From the NCBI GenBank assembly GCA_040081625.1, contig JBEBGD010000057.1, positions 1-35,422 on the forward strand: a DNA stretch of 35,422 nucleotides. The letters are read 5' to 3'. The notes beneath the pieces are model-generated. The model did no database searches. It was not told the DNA's origin and saw only the letters and a program-made list of their open reading frames with translations. Position numbers and translations under genes: made by a program. This document shows positions 8,143 through 16,145 of the stretch, piece after piece. How positions within the stretch are numbered: the first letter of the stretch is position 1; each line of letters opens with the position of its first letter. Source of the stretch: Chthoniobacteraceae bacterium. Lineage in GTDB: Bacteria; Verrucomicrobiota; Verrucomicrobiia; Chthoniobacterales; Chthoniobacteraceae.

Positions 8143-9441
8143 ATGCTAAAGCGCTCCCTCACCCTGTTCCTGATCGTCTTCGCCGCCCTCACCCTCGGCG
8201 TCCACGCGGACACCGTCGTCCTGAAGACTGGCGAAAAGATCGAAGGCAAGATCCTCGCGGAAACTGACGCGCAGTTGACGATCGAAGTCGTCGCCGGCGG
8301 CGTCGTCGATGAGCGCGTCGTGCAGAAGGCCGACATCGCCAAGGTCGAGAAGATCGGCCCCGATGAGATCGCGTGGAAGCCGCTTTCGGCGATCAAGCTC
8401 GGCGACGATTCCCTGCCCACGGCCGACCAATACGACGCGTGGCTCGGCCCGCTCAACGGCTTCATCAAGGAGTTCGCTGAGAGCACGTATCGCAGCGCCG
8501 CCGAGAAACTCGCCGGCGAGATCGACGCGGAAAAGAGCCGCGTCGCCAATGGCGAGGCGAAGCTCAACGGGCGCTGGCTTTCCAAGGACGAAGTCCAGCG
8601 CGAGCGCTACCAGATCAGCGGATCGATCGCCGCCAACTACATGCGGGCGCAGGCCACGCGCGGCGATTCGGTCGGCGCGATGAACACCTTCGACATCATC
8701 GAGAAGCAATTCGACGGCTCGCGCGGCTACCTCGAAGCCGTCGTGCTCGCCCGCCAGATCGTCCCCCCGCTCAAGGCTGCCGCCGCGCAGCGACTCGCCG
8801 CGCTCCCCGCGGAAAACACCGCCCGCGAGCAAGGCGTGAAAGCCGCCGCCGGCCTCGATCAGGTGCAGCTTCAAAAGGAACTCGATACCGAGAAGAAGAA
8901 CAATGAGACCGCGATGGCCGATGCGAAAAAGGCCGGACTCAAGTGGCCGCCCTTCCTGCGCCGCAGCGAGCCGTCGATGAAAGAAATTCTCAAGCTCGCC
9001 GAGGAAACCGAGAAGCGTCTCATCTCGATCGACCTGGCGAAGGCCGGCGAGTCGATCAAACTCGCAGAGGAAGTGCGCGCTGACCTCGACGCAAAGAAAC
9101 TCGAGGACGCGGAGAAGAAGCTCCGCCAGGCGCAGACGCTCTGGCAGAAGAACGAACTCGTCGTGCGGCTGAACAAGGAACTCGCCGGGGCGAAGACGGT
9201 CGCGATGGCCGCCGCCGCCGAAGCTGAGACGGCGAAAGCCGAGGTGAAGGCCACGCCCGCGCCCACTCCGAGGACGTCGGTGCCGAAAGTCGAGCCCGCC
9301 ATCGTCGCGCCGATCGAGGACGAGGAGCCGAAGAACCCGATCGCGATCTTCGTCATCGGCGTCGTCGTCGCGGCGCTCGCCTTTGTGGCGTGGACCGCCT
9401 ACAAAAAGGTCGTAAAGAAATCCAACGAGATCATCGAGTAA
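8143..9441 (+). CDS. Exported, C-terminally membrane-anchored helical protein resembling the verrucomicrobial PTPDL family
   Basis: Signal peptide then 'DTVVLKTGEKIEGKILAETD', 'GEAKLNGRWLS', a long helical body, a P/E-rich linker, and a C-terminal TM helix followed by a basic tail. Family call is from recall; the PTPDL motif itself is divergent. Confidence 0.6.
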   Translation: MLKRSLTLFLIVFAALTLGVHADTVVLKTGEKIEGKILAETDAQLTIEVVAGGVVDERVVQKADIAKVEKIGPDEIAWKPLSAIKLGDDSLPTADQYDAWLGPLNGFIKEFAESTYRSAAEKLAGEIDAEKSRVANGEAKLNGRWLSKDEVQRERYQISGSIAANYMRAQATRGDSVGAMNTFDIIEKQFDGSRGYLEAVVLARQIVPPLKAAAAQRLAALPAENTAREQGVKAAAGLDQVQLQKELDTEKKNNETAMADAKKAGLKWPPFLRRSEPSMKEILKLAEETEKRLISIDLAKAGESIKLAEEVRADLDAKKLEDAEKKLRQAQTLWQKNELVVRLNKELAGAKTVAMAAAAEAETAKAEVKATPAPTPRTSVPKVEPAIVAPIEDEEPKNPIAIFVIGVVVAALAFVAWTAYKKVVKKSNEIIE

Positions 9442-9454
9442 CCCGCCACGTCTT

Positions 9455-10045
9455 ATGAACCGCACAGCCCGCGTCGAACGCGTCACCGGCGAAACCGACA
9501 TCACCATCGACCTCACGATCGACGGCCGCGGCCAAAGCCACGTCCAGACGAAGATTCCCTTCTTCGATCACATGCTGATCCTCTTCGCGCGGCACAGCCT
9601 CGTGGACCTGAACGTGACGGCCGATGGCGACATCGACGTGGACCTGCACCACACCGTCGAGGACACCGGCATCGCGCTCGGCCAGGCCTTCACCCGCGCG
9701 CTCGGCGACAAGCGCGGCATCCGCCGCTACGGCCACGCCTACGTGCCGATGGACGAGACGCTCGTGCGCATTGTCGTCGATTTCAGCGGCCGTCCCTTCC
9801 TCGACTACCGCGCGCCCGACGGCCTCTCGCCGATCAACGGAACCTTCGCATTCACGCTCGTCGAGGAATTCCTGCGCGCTTTCACGAACAACGCGGGCAT
9901 CAACCTGCACGTGGAAATCCTGCACGGTCGCGACGCGCATCACATGGCCGAAGCCGTCTTCAAGGGCCTCGCCAAGGCCGTCGATGCCGCCTGCCAGCTC
10001 GACGCGCGAGTCGAAGGCGTGCCGAGCACGAAGGGCACGCTGTAG
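9455..10045 (+). CDS. hisB: Imidazoleglycerol-phosphate dehydratase (monofunctional)
   Basis: 'RVTGETDI', 'FFDHML', 'HHTVEDTGI', 'PMDE', 'HHMAEAVFK', 'PSTKGTL'. Confidence 0.97.
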   Translation: MNRTARVERVTGETDITIDLTIDGRGQSHVQTKIPFFDHMLILFARHSLVDLNVTADGDIDVDLHHTVEDTGIALGQAFTRALGDKRGIRRYGHAYVPMDETLVRIVVDFSGRPFLDYRAPDGLSPINGTFAFTLVEEFLRAFTNNAGINLHVEILHGRDAHHMAEAVFKGLAKAVDAACQLDARVEGVPSTKGTL

Positions 10046-10048
10046 CGA

Positions 10049-10651
10049 GTGATCGCACTGATCGACTACGGGAGCGGCAACATCCGCAGCGTCGAGAACG
10101 CGCTGCGGAACCAGGGCGCCGACGTGCAACTCATCTCCGACCCCGCGCGTCTCGCCGACGCGCGGGCCGTCGTGCTGCCGGGCGTCGGCGCCTTCGGCGA
10201 TTGCGCGCGCGGCCTGCGTGAACGCGGCCTGTGGGAGCCGATCCAGCAGTGGCTCGCTGCCGATAAACCCTTCCTCGGCGTCTGCGTCGGCTATCAGCTT
10301 CTGTTTGAAGGCGGCGAGGAATCGCCCGGCGTGAGCGGCTTCGGATTCTTCGGCGGCCAGGTGAAGAAGTTCAGCACGCCCGGCCTCAAGGTTCCGCAGA
10401 TCGGCTGGAACTCGCTCGGCCTCACGCCGCACCCGCTGTGGCGCGGACTGCCCGCCGACTCACACGTCTATTTCGTGCACTCATATTTCCCCGCGCCGAC
10501 CGATCCCGCTGAGACGATCGCGAGATGCACCTACGGCGAGACCTTCGCCGCGGCCGCCGCGCGCGGTCGCGTAGCCGGCGTGCAATTCCACCCGGAAAAA
10601 AGCCAGACCGTCGGCCTCGCCATCCTGCGAAATTTCATCGCGGGCGCCTGA
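10049..10651 (+). CDS. hisH: Imidazole glycerol phosphate synthase glutaminase subunit
   Basis: 'IDYGSGN', 'LPGVGAF', catalytic 'GVCVG', 'YFVHSY', 'QFHPEKS'. Confidence 0.96.
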   Translation: MIALIDYGSGNIRSVENALRNQGADVQLISDPARLADARAVVLPGVGAFGDCARGLRERGLWEPIQQWLAADKPFLGVCVGYQLLFEGGEESPGVSGFGFFGGQVKKFSTPGLKVPQIGWNSLGLTPHPLWRGLPADSHVYFVHSYFPAPTDPAETIARCTYGETFAAAAARGRVAGVQFHPEKSQTVGLAILRNFIAGA

Positions 10652-10660
10652 ACCCGCCGC

Positions 10661-11776
10661 CTACGCCGCGAGCAGCCGCTTCGGATTCAAGGCCTGGAGC
10701 GGCTTCGGCAGGAAGAGCCCGTCCTTGCGGATGAGCTTTCCGTCGAACCGGAGCTCGCCGCCGCCGTAGTCGGGGCGCTGGATGCAGACCATGTCCCAGT
10801 GGACCTGCGAGCGGTTGCCGTTCTCCGTCTGCTCGTAGCATTGGCCGGGCGTGAAGTGGAAGCTGCCGGCGATCTTTTCGTCGAAGAGGATGTCGCGCAT
10901 CGGCTGGAGGATGTGCGGATTGAAGGCGATCGCGAACTCGCCGATGTAGCGTGCGCCGGGATCGCTATCGAGGATCTGGTTGAGCTTCTTCGTGTTGTTC
11001 GAGGTCGCGTCCACGATTCTGCCGTTCCTGAACTCCAGCCGCACGTTGTCAAAGCCGGTGCCCTGGTAAATCGTCGGCGCATTATATTGCACCACTCCGT
11101 TGACCGAGTCGCGCACGGGAGCGGTGAAGACTTCGCCGTCGGGGATATTGTGCGAGCCGCCGCACGCGACGGCGGGGATGCCCTTGATCGAAAAGCGCAG
11201 GTCTGTGCCGGGCCCTGTGATGTGGACCTGGTCCGTGTTCATCATCGCCTCCGCGAGCGCCTTCATGCCGGGCTGCATCTTCGCGTAGTCGAGCGTGCAG
11301 ACGCGGAAGTAGAAATCCTCAAACGCCTCGGTGCTCATCTGCGCCATCTGCGCCATGCTCGGGCTGGGCCAGCGCAGCACGCACCACTTGGTTTTCTTCA
11401 CACGCCAGTCGAGCACGGCCTTCATCTTCCGTGAGATGAGCTTCATCTTGTCGCTGGGCACGTCGCTCGCCTCCATAGCGTTGAAGCCGCCGCGCAGCGC
11501 GATGTAGGCGGCCATCTGCTTCATCCGCGCGAGCTCCACTTTCGCCGACACGTCGAGCATCGCGTCCTGCGCCTCGCGCGCGATCTCGCGGGAGACGCGG
11601 GCATGGTTGAACTGCACGAATGGAACACCGCCGGCGGCACGCGCGGCGCGCACGAGCGCGATGACCATTTCGTCCGGGATGTCGAATGCGTCGATGAGGA
11701 CGCGTTCGCCTTTTTTCAGCGAGACGGAGAAGCCGATGAGGTTCTTTGCGAGGAGATCGAAGCGGGGATCGTTCAT
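10661..11776 (-). CDS. Peptidase M29 aminopeptidase (AmpS/aminopeptidase T-like)
   Basis: '[11 protein letters not shown]', 'RYIGEFAI', '[15 protein letters not shown]', 'NRSQVHWD'. Confidence 0.92.
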   Translation of the reverse strand: MNDPRFDLLAKNLIGFSVSLKKGERVLIDAFDIPDEMVIALVRAARAAGGVPFVQFNHARVSREIAREAQDAMLDVSAKVELARMKQMAAYIALRGGFNAMEASDVPSDKMKLISRKMKAVLDWRVKKTKWCVLRWPSPSMAQMAQMSTEAFEDFYFRVCTLDYAKMQPGMKALAEAMMNTDQVHITGPGTDLRFSIKGIPAVACGGSHNIPDGEVFTAPVRDSVNGVVQYNAPTIYQGTGFDNVRLEFRNGRIVDATSNNTKKLNQILDSDPGARYIGEFAIAFNPHILQPMRDILFDEKIAGSFHFTPGQCYEQTENGNRSQVHWDMVCIQRPDYGGGELRFDGKLIRKDGLFLPKPLQALNPKRLLAA

Positions 11777-11788
11777 GGAGCGGCGCGG

Positions 11789-11817
11789 ACGCTAGCAGCG
11801 GATTTTCGCGCTGGCTA
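11789..11817 (-). promoter_or_regulatory. Putative sigma70 promoter for the aminopeptidase
   Basis: On the minus strand: TAGCCA (11817-11812), 17 nt, TAGCGT (11794-11789), 12 nt before the ATG. Confidence 0.5.
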
Positions 11818-11847
11818 CGCACAAGACGACGCGGTTAGTTGCCGGCC

Positions 11848-12327
11848 ATGATCGTCGCCAAACTCAAGTCCGCCGGTGAACTCGCCGTGCTCCGCGCCAA
11901 GCTCGACTCGCGCGGGCAGCGCCTTGTCTTCACCAATGGCTGCTTCGACCTCCTCCACGTCGGCCACGTGCGCTACCTGCAAGCCGCGGGCGCGCTCGGC
12001 GACGTGCTCGTGGTCGCCGTGAATGGCGACGACAGCGTGCGCGCGCTCAAGGGCGACGGACGGCCGGTGAACACGGAACTCGATCGCGCCGAGGTGCTCG
12101 CCGCGCTGGCGTGCGTGGATTTCATCACCGTCTTCCAGAGCGATCGCGTGACCGATCTCATCCGCACCGTGAAGCCGCACGTGTATGTGAAGGGCGGCGA
12201 CTACACCGTCGAGTCGCTCGACGTCGGCGAACGCACCGCGCTCGAGGCGGTCGGCTCGCGGATCAAGATCCTGCCGCTCGTGCCGGGCAAATCGACGACC
12301 GAGACGCTCAAGCGATGCGCCGCCTAG
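11848..12327 (+). CDS. Stand-alone D-glycero-beta-D-manno-heptose 1-phosphate adenylyltransferase (HldE/RfaE domain II type)
   Basis: 'VFTNGCFDLLHVGHVRYL', 'VAVNGDDSVRALKGDGRP', 'VKGGDY', 'GKSTT'. Confidence 0.85.
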   Translation: MIVAKLKSAGELAVLRAKLDSRGQRLVFTNGCFDLLHVGHVRYLQAAGALGDVLVVAVNGDDSVRALKGDGRPVNTELDRAEVLAALACVDFITVFQSDRVTDLIRTVKPHVYVKGGDYTVESLDVGERTALEAVGSRIKILPLVPGKSTTETLKRCAA

Positions 12328-12914
12328 CGCTCGGCGTGCTCGGTTCGGGCAAGGGCTCGAACTTTCGCGCCATCGCCGACGCCATCGCGGGCGGCGCGCT
12401 CGGGGCCGACGTGCGCGTCGTGATCAGCGACGTGGAGAACGCAGGCATCCTCGCGCTGGCGCGCGAACGCGGCATCCTTGCGGAGTTCGTTCATCCCGGC
12501 GCCTTCAAGACAAAGCTCGCGCCGGAGAGTGAGGTGCGTGCCGTCGAACTGCTGCGCGCGGCGGGAGTCGAACTGGTCGTGCTCGCGGGTTGGATGCGGA
12601 TGATCAAGGCGCCGCTGCTCGACGCGTTCCCGCATCGCATCATCAACATCCATCCGTCGCTGCTGCCGCGATTTCCCGGGCTCGAAGCGTGGAAGCAGGC
12701 GCTCGCCGCCGGCGCGAGCGAGACGGGCTGCACGGTCCACTACGTCGATGCGGGCATGGACACCGGCCCCATCATCGCGCAACGCCGCGTGCCCGTGCTG
12801 CCGGGCGACACGCCCGCGACGCTGCACGCGCGCATCCAAACCGCCGAGCACGAGCTTTACCCCGCGGTCCTGCGCGATCTCGCGCCTCACCAAATCACGA
12901 GCGTTCGGTATTAG
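12315..12914 (+). CDS. purN: Phosphoribosylglycinamide formyltransferase
   Basis: 'GVLGSGKGSN', 'LAGWMR', 'INIHPSLLPRFPG', 'GCTVHYVDAGMDTGPII', 'EHELYP'. The ATG at 12315 overlaps the upstream gene by 13 nt. Confidence 0.96.
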   Translation: MRRLALGVLGSGKGSNFRAIADAIAGGALGADVRVVISDVENAGILALARERGILAEFVHPGAFKTKLAPESEVRAVELLRAAGVELVVLAGWMRMIKAPLLDAFPHRIINIHPSLLPRFPGLEAWKQALAAGASETGCTVHYVDAGMDTGPIIAQRRVPVLPGDTPATLHARIQTAEHELYPAVLRDLAPHQITSVRY

Positions 12915-15721
12915 CGGGATCGTTGCGGAACCGGCGCGAGCCGCACGGCGCGCACGTCGGCGAGTTCCTGCCGCAGCGGGCCGTGCGGGCGCAGAAGCAG
13001 ACGGTTCACGCCGGGTTTGAGCGTGAGCTGGCCGGCGGGAACTTCTCGAAACGACTCGTAGCCACCGCTCGAGAGCACGGTGCCGGTCGTGCTGCTCCCG
13101 TCGGTCTCGAGCGCGAATTGATCACCCGCCGAAGCGTCGTCCGCGGCGAGCAGCACGAAGACTTTGTATGCACCGCCGCGCGCGACCTCCACGCGCCACC
13201 CGGCTACGTCGTCCGCCAGCCGCCACGGTGCGAGCACGTCGAGCGACGGACGATACGCAAGCTTCTGCGCATAAACCGACGCCGCACTTGCGGGCAGGCG
13301 CAGCTCGCCGTTTGGCGTGGGATTGATCGCCGGTGCTTCGTCCACAGTCGTCGCGAGCGCGAGTTCCTCCACGCGCCACGGGAACGTTCGCGTCGCGCTG
13401 TCCGCGCGCACATCGGCGACGAGCGACGGCTCGACAGGCGGTGCGGCATTTCCCCACGCGCGGCGGATGTAGCTGAGCACGCCGGCGACCCTCTCGTCGT
13501 CGAAGCCGGCGCCGAGGCCGGGCATGTGGAGGTTCCACGTCTGCCCATTCACTTGAACGGGACCGTAGAGACCGTGCAGAACGACGCGCACAAGGCGCTC
13601 GGGCGGACCTGTGACCCAATCGCTCCCCGCGAGCGGCGGCGCGACGCCCGCGTTTCCGCCGCCGTGCGGCTGATGGCACGCGGCGCAAACCTGGGCGTAG
13701 ATCTGCTGGCCCTCAGCGACTCGCTTTTCCTGCTCGGGAGTGAGCGGCGGCGCACTGCGCGTGAGCGTGTCCTTCGGCTTCGCGGAAGGCATCAAGTCGC
13801 GCAGTGATGCGGGCGCGGAGGCGAACAGCGCGGCCATCGCGCTCACACGCGCAGGCTTCGCCTCCTCGATCACACACTTCGCGAGTAGCGAGATGAGCGC
13901 GCGGTCTTCGCATCCGCGCCGGAGCACGGTAGCGAGAAATTCCAATTCACGCCCGGCGAGTCCGGTGAGTGCGGCGGTGTGGAAAAGCGGGTGCGTCTCG
14001 CGTGCGAGCAGATCGGCGAGCGGCTGCGGATCGCGGAGAGAAAGCGCAACTTGCAGGCGCACGCGGGGGCTCGGGTCAGCGATGAACCTTGCGAGCGCCG
14101 CTTCGCCGTCACTGAGTCGGATCGCCGCGGCTCGCACGTGCTCGTCGGGGCTATCCATCGCGGAGCGGCGGGTGTCGGCGTCGAGCGCGCCGAGACCGTA
14201 GAGCGTCCACAGCGCGTGGAGCTGGGTCTTCGCGGCTTCGCGCAGCGCGGGCACGACTTCACCGCGCTCGATGAGCAGCCGTTGTGCGGTAGTGCGATGC
14301 CATCCGTTCGGGTGCGCGAGCGCCTTTACGAGTTCATCGCTGCTCGCGTGTGCGAGCTTCGGCGCGGTGCGGTCGATCGGTCGGTCGGCGACGATGCGCC
14401 AGATGCGGCCGCGATCATTACCTTCGTCGAGATGGCGCTCACGGATTTGCTTCGTGAGCCACGGCACCATGAAGATCACGTGCTCGATGATCCCGTGATA
14501 CATATCGGCTATGTAGAGCGCGCCGTCGGGGCCGACGCGCGCATTCACCGGGCGGAAACGTTCGTCGGTCGAGGCGAGGAATTCCTGCTCGGCTGGATGG
14601 AAGCGCGTGGCCTCGGGTGCGATGCCGTCGCTGAGCTTGAGCCGTCCGATCAAGTGCCCGCCGGACTCGGGCACGAAGACGTTTCCGCGCGCGTCTTCGG
14701 GAAATTGATGTCCGTCGTAGTAGCACACGCCGCTCGCGATCGTGTAAGTGCGCAGGCGTCCGTCGTCGCGCAGTTCCAGCGCGCCGAGCGTGACGGCTGG
14801 GGTGACGCGGATCGGGAAAACTTCCTGCGCGTTCGGCGCGATGTTTGCGTTCACGCCGAAGCTGCTGCGATCCGCGCCGCCGCGCTGAAAGACGCGGAGC
14901 AGGTGCGGGTTTCGGGTGAGGTATTCGGCAGGGATGAGGTCGCCGTGCAGCGCCTTGTTTTCGTAGCAGGTGAAGAAGCGGCCCGTGTCGTCGAACGTGA
15001 CGCCGAACTGCCCGCGCTGGATCGTGTCGGCTTCGATCAGTTGGCCGTCGCGCCATCGGTAACGTTTCGGCCAGTCGGCGCAGTGGAGCCAGTTGTCGAT
15101 GCCGTGGCGCAGGCCGTTCGCGGTGTGCTGCGGGTTGCCGGCGCTGCCCATCGTGCCGACTTCGCGGCGCCTGTCGCAGCGCAGGTCGCCGTTGGTGTCT
15201 TCGCAAAACCAAAGCTTCGGCGGCTCCTGCAGCAGCACGCCGCCTTTCACGAAAGCGAACGAGCGCGGCATCACGAGTTTGTCGAGGAAGACGGTGCTCT
15301 TGTCCGCGCGCCCGTCGCCGCCGGTGTCTTCGAGCACGACGACGCGGCAGATCGGATCGCCTTCGCCGCTGCCCGCGAGGTCGCGCATGTAGCCCTGGTA
15401 TTCGACGACCCAGATGCGCCCGTCGGGATCGAACTCGAAGAAGATCGGATTGTGAACGAGCGGCTCGCTCGCGACGAGTTCGACGCGGTAGCCGGGCGCG
15501 ATCTTGAATGTCTGCATCTCCTCCTCCGGCGAACGCACCGGCGCAGGCGGCACGTTCAGCCGTTTGAGCATTTCCCCGCCTTTCTCCCAGTCCGCCCAGC
15601 CCGTGAGCGCCGACGGCGGACGCGCGCGCGGGCGTTCCTTCGGGATCGACTGCGCCACGCTCCGTGCGCACAACGCTGCGACGAAAGCCGCGGTGAACGC
15701 AGCGCGAAGCGATGGCTTCAT
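12911..15721 (-). CDS. Exported multidomain c-type cytochrome: glucose/sorbosone-dehydrogenase-like beta-propeller (PVC-type), HEAT-like repeats, cytochrome c, C-terminal CBM-like beta-sandwich
   Basis: Signal peptide from ATG 15721; 'PGYRVELVASEPLV..FDPDGRIWVVE..EDTGGDGRADKSTVFLD', 'FRPVNARVGPDGALYIADMY', 'GRIWRI', 'LAHPNGWHRTTAQRLL', heme motif 'CAACH' with 'PPLAGSDWV' and distal 'HMPG'; last ~130 aa are beta-rich. Confidence 0.85.
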   Translation of the reverse strand: MKPSLRAAFTAAFVAALCARSVAQSIPKERPRARPPSALTGWADWEKGGEMLKRLNVPPAPVRSPEEEMQTFKIAPGYRVELVASEPLVHNPIFFEFDPDGRIWVVEYQGYMRDLAGSGEGDPICRVVVLEDTGGDGRADKSTVFLDKLVMPRSFAFVKGGVLLQEPPKLWFCEDTNGDLRCDRRREVGTMGSAGNPQHTANGLRHGIDNWLHCADWPKRYRWRDGQLIEADTIQRGQFGVTFDDTGRFFTCYENKALHGDLIPAEYLTRNPHLLRVFQRGGADRSSFGVNANIAPNAQEVFPIRVTPAVTLGALELRDDGRLRTYTIASGVCYYDGHQFPEDARGNVFVPESGGHLIGRLKLSDGIAPEATRFHPAEQEFLASTDERFRPVNARVGPDGALYIADMYHGIIEHVIFMVPWLTKQIRERHLDEGNDRGRIWRIVADRPIDRTAPKLAHASSDELVKALAHPNGWHRTTAQRLLIERGEVVPALREAAKTQLHALWTLYGLGALDADTRRSAMDSPDEHVRAAAIRLSDGEAALARFIADPSPRVRLQVALSLRDPQPLADLLARETHPLFHTAALTGLAGRELEFLATVLRRGCEDRALISLLAKCVIEEAKPARVSAMAALFASAPASLRDLMPSAKPKDTLTRSAPPLTPEQEKRVAEGQQIYAQVCAACHQPHGGGNAGVAPPLAGSDWVTGPPERLVRVVLHGLYGPVQVNGQTWNLHMPGLGAGFDDERVAGVLSYIRRAWGNAAPPVEPSLVADVRADSATRTFPWRVEELALATTVDEAPAINPTPNGELRLPASAASVYAQKLAYRPSLDVLAPWRLADDVAGWRVEVARGGAYKVFVLLAADDASAGDQFALETDGSSTTGTVLSSGGYESFREVPAGQLTLKPGVNRLLLRPHGPLRQELADVRAVRLAPVPQRSR

Positions 15722-16145
15722 GCGGATGCAGACTCGCGCATCGCACGCAGCGTGCGGAGCAGCCAGAGGTGGTGCGCGAGCACGAGCAGGAATGTGATCA
15801 CCAATCCGAGCAGCATCACGCCACGTCCGAGTGGCCGCTGCGGCATGACGTAAGAGGCACCGATCGTAACGAACATCGTCAGCACGCAACCGGCGAAAAC
15901 CCGCAACGCCCGCATGGCCGCGCTGCGGCTGGCGCTGCGAGTCGAGTAGAGCCCCACGAAGTAAAGCCCTGCCGGCAACGCCACAGCACCCAGCAAGAGC
16001 GACAGCCAGAGCGCATCAACGGCAGATCGGCCTCGCTGCCAAAGCGCAGGAGTGAGGCACCTACAAACGCGTCCACCACGAGCAGTGAATCAATCACGCA
16101 ATGAGCCGCGACCCAGTCTTTTTGAATCATGTCGTTTGAGTTCAT
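15718..16145 (-). pseudogene. Frameshifted, truncated 5' remnant of a polyprenyl-phosphate priming glycosyltransferase (WcaJ/WbaP-like N-terminal membrane region)
   Basis: Frame A: MIQKDWVAAHCVIDSLLVVDAFVGASLLRFGSEAD. After a shift near 16025, frame B: AVDALWLSLLLGAVALPAGLYFVGLYS...SYVMPQRPLGRGVMLLGLVITFLLVLAHHLWLLRTLRAMRE then stop. The 'D..LRF', 'GLY' and 'GRG' pattern across four TM helices is typical of these enzymes; no catalytic domain follows. Confidence 0.65.
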
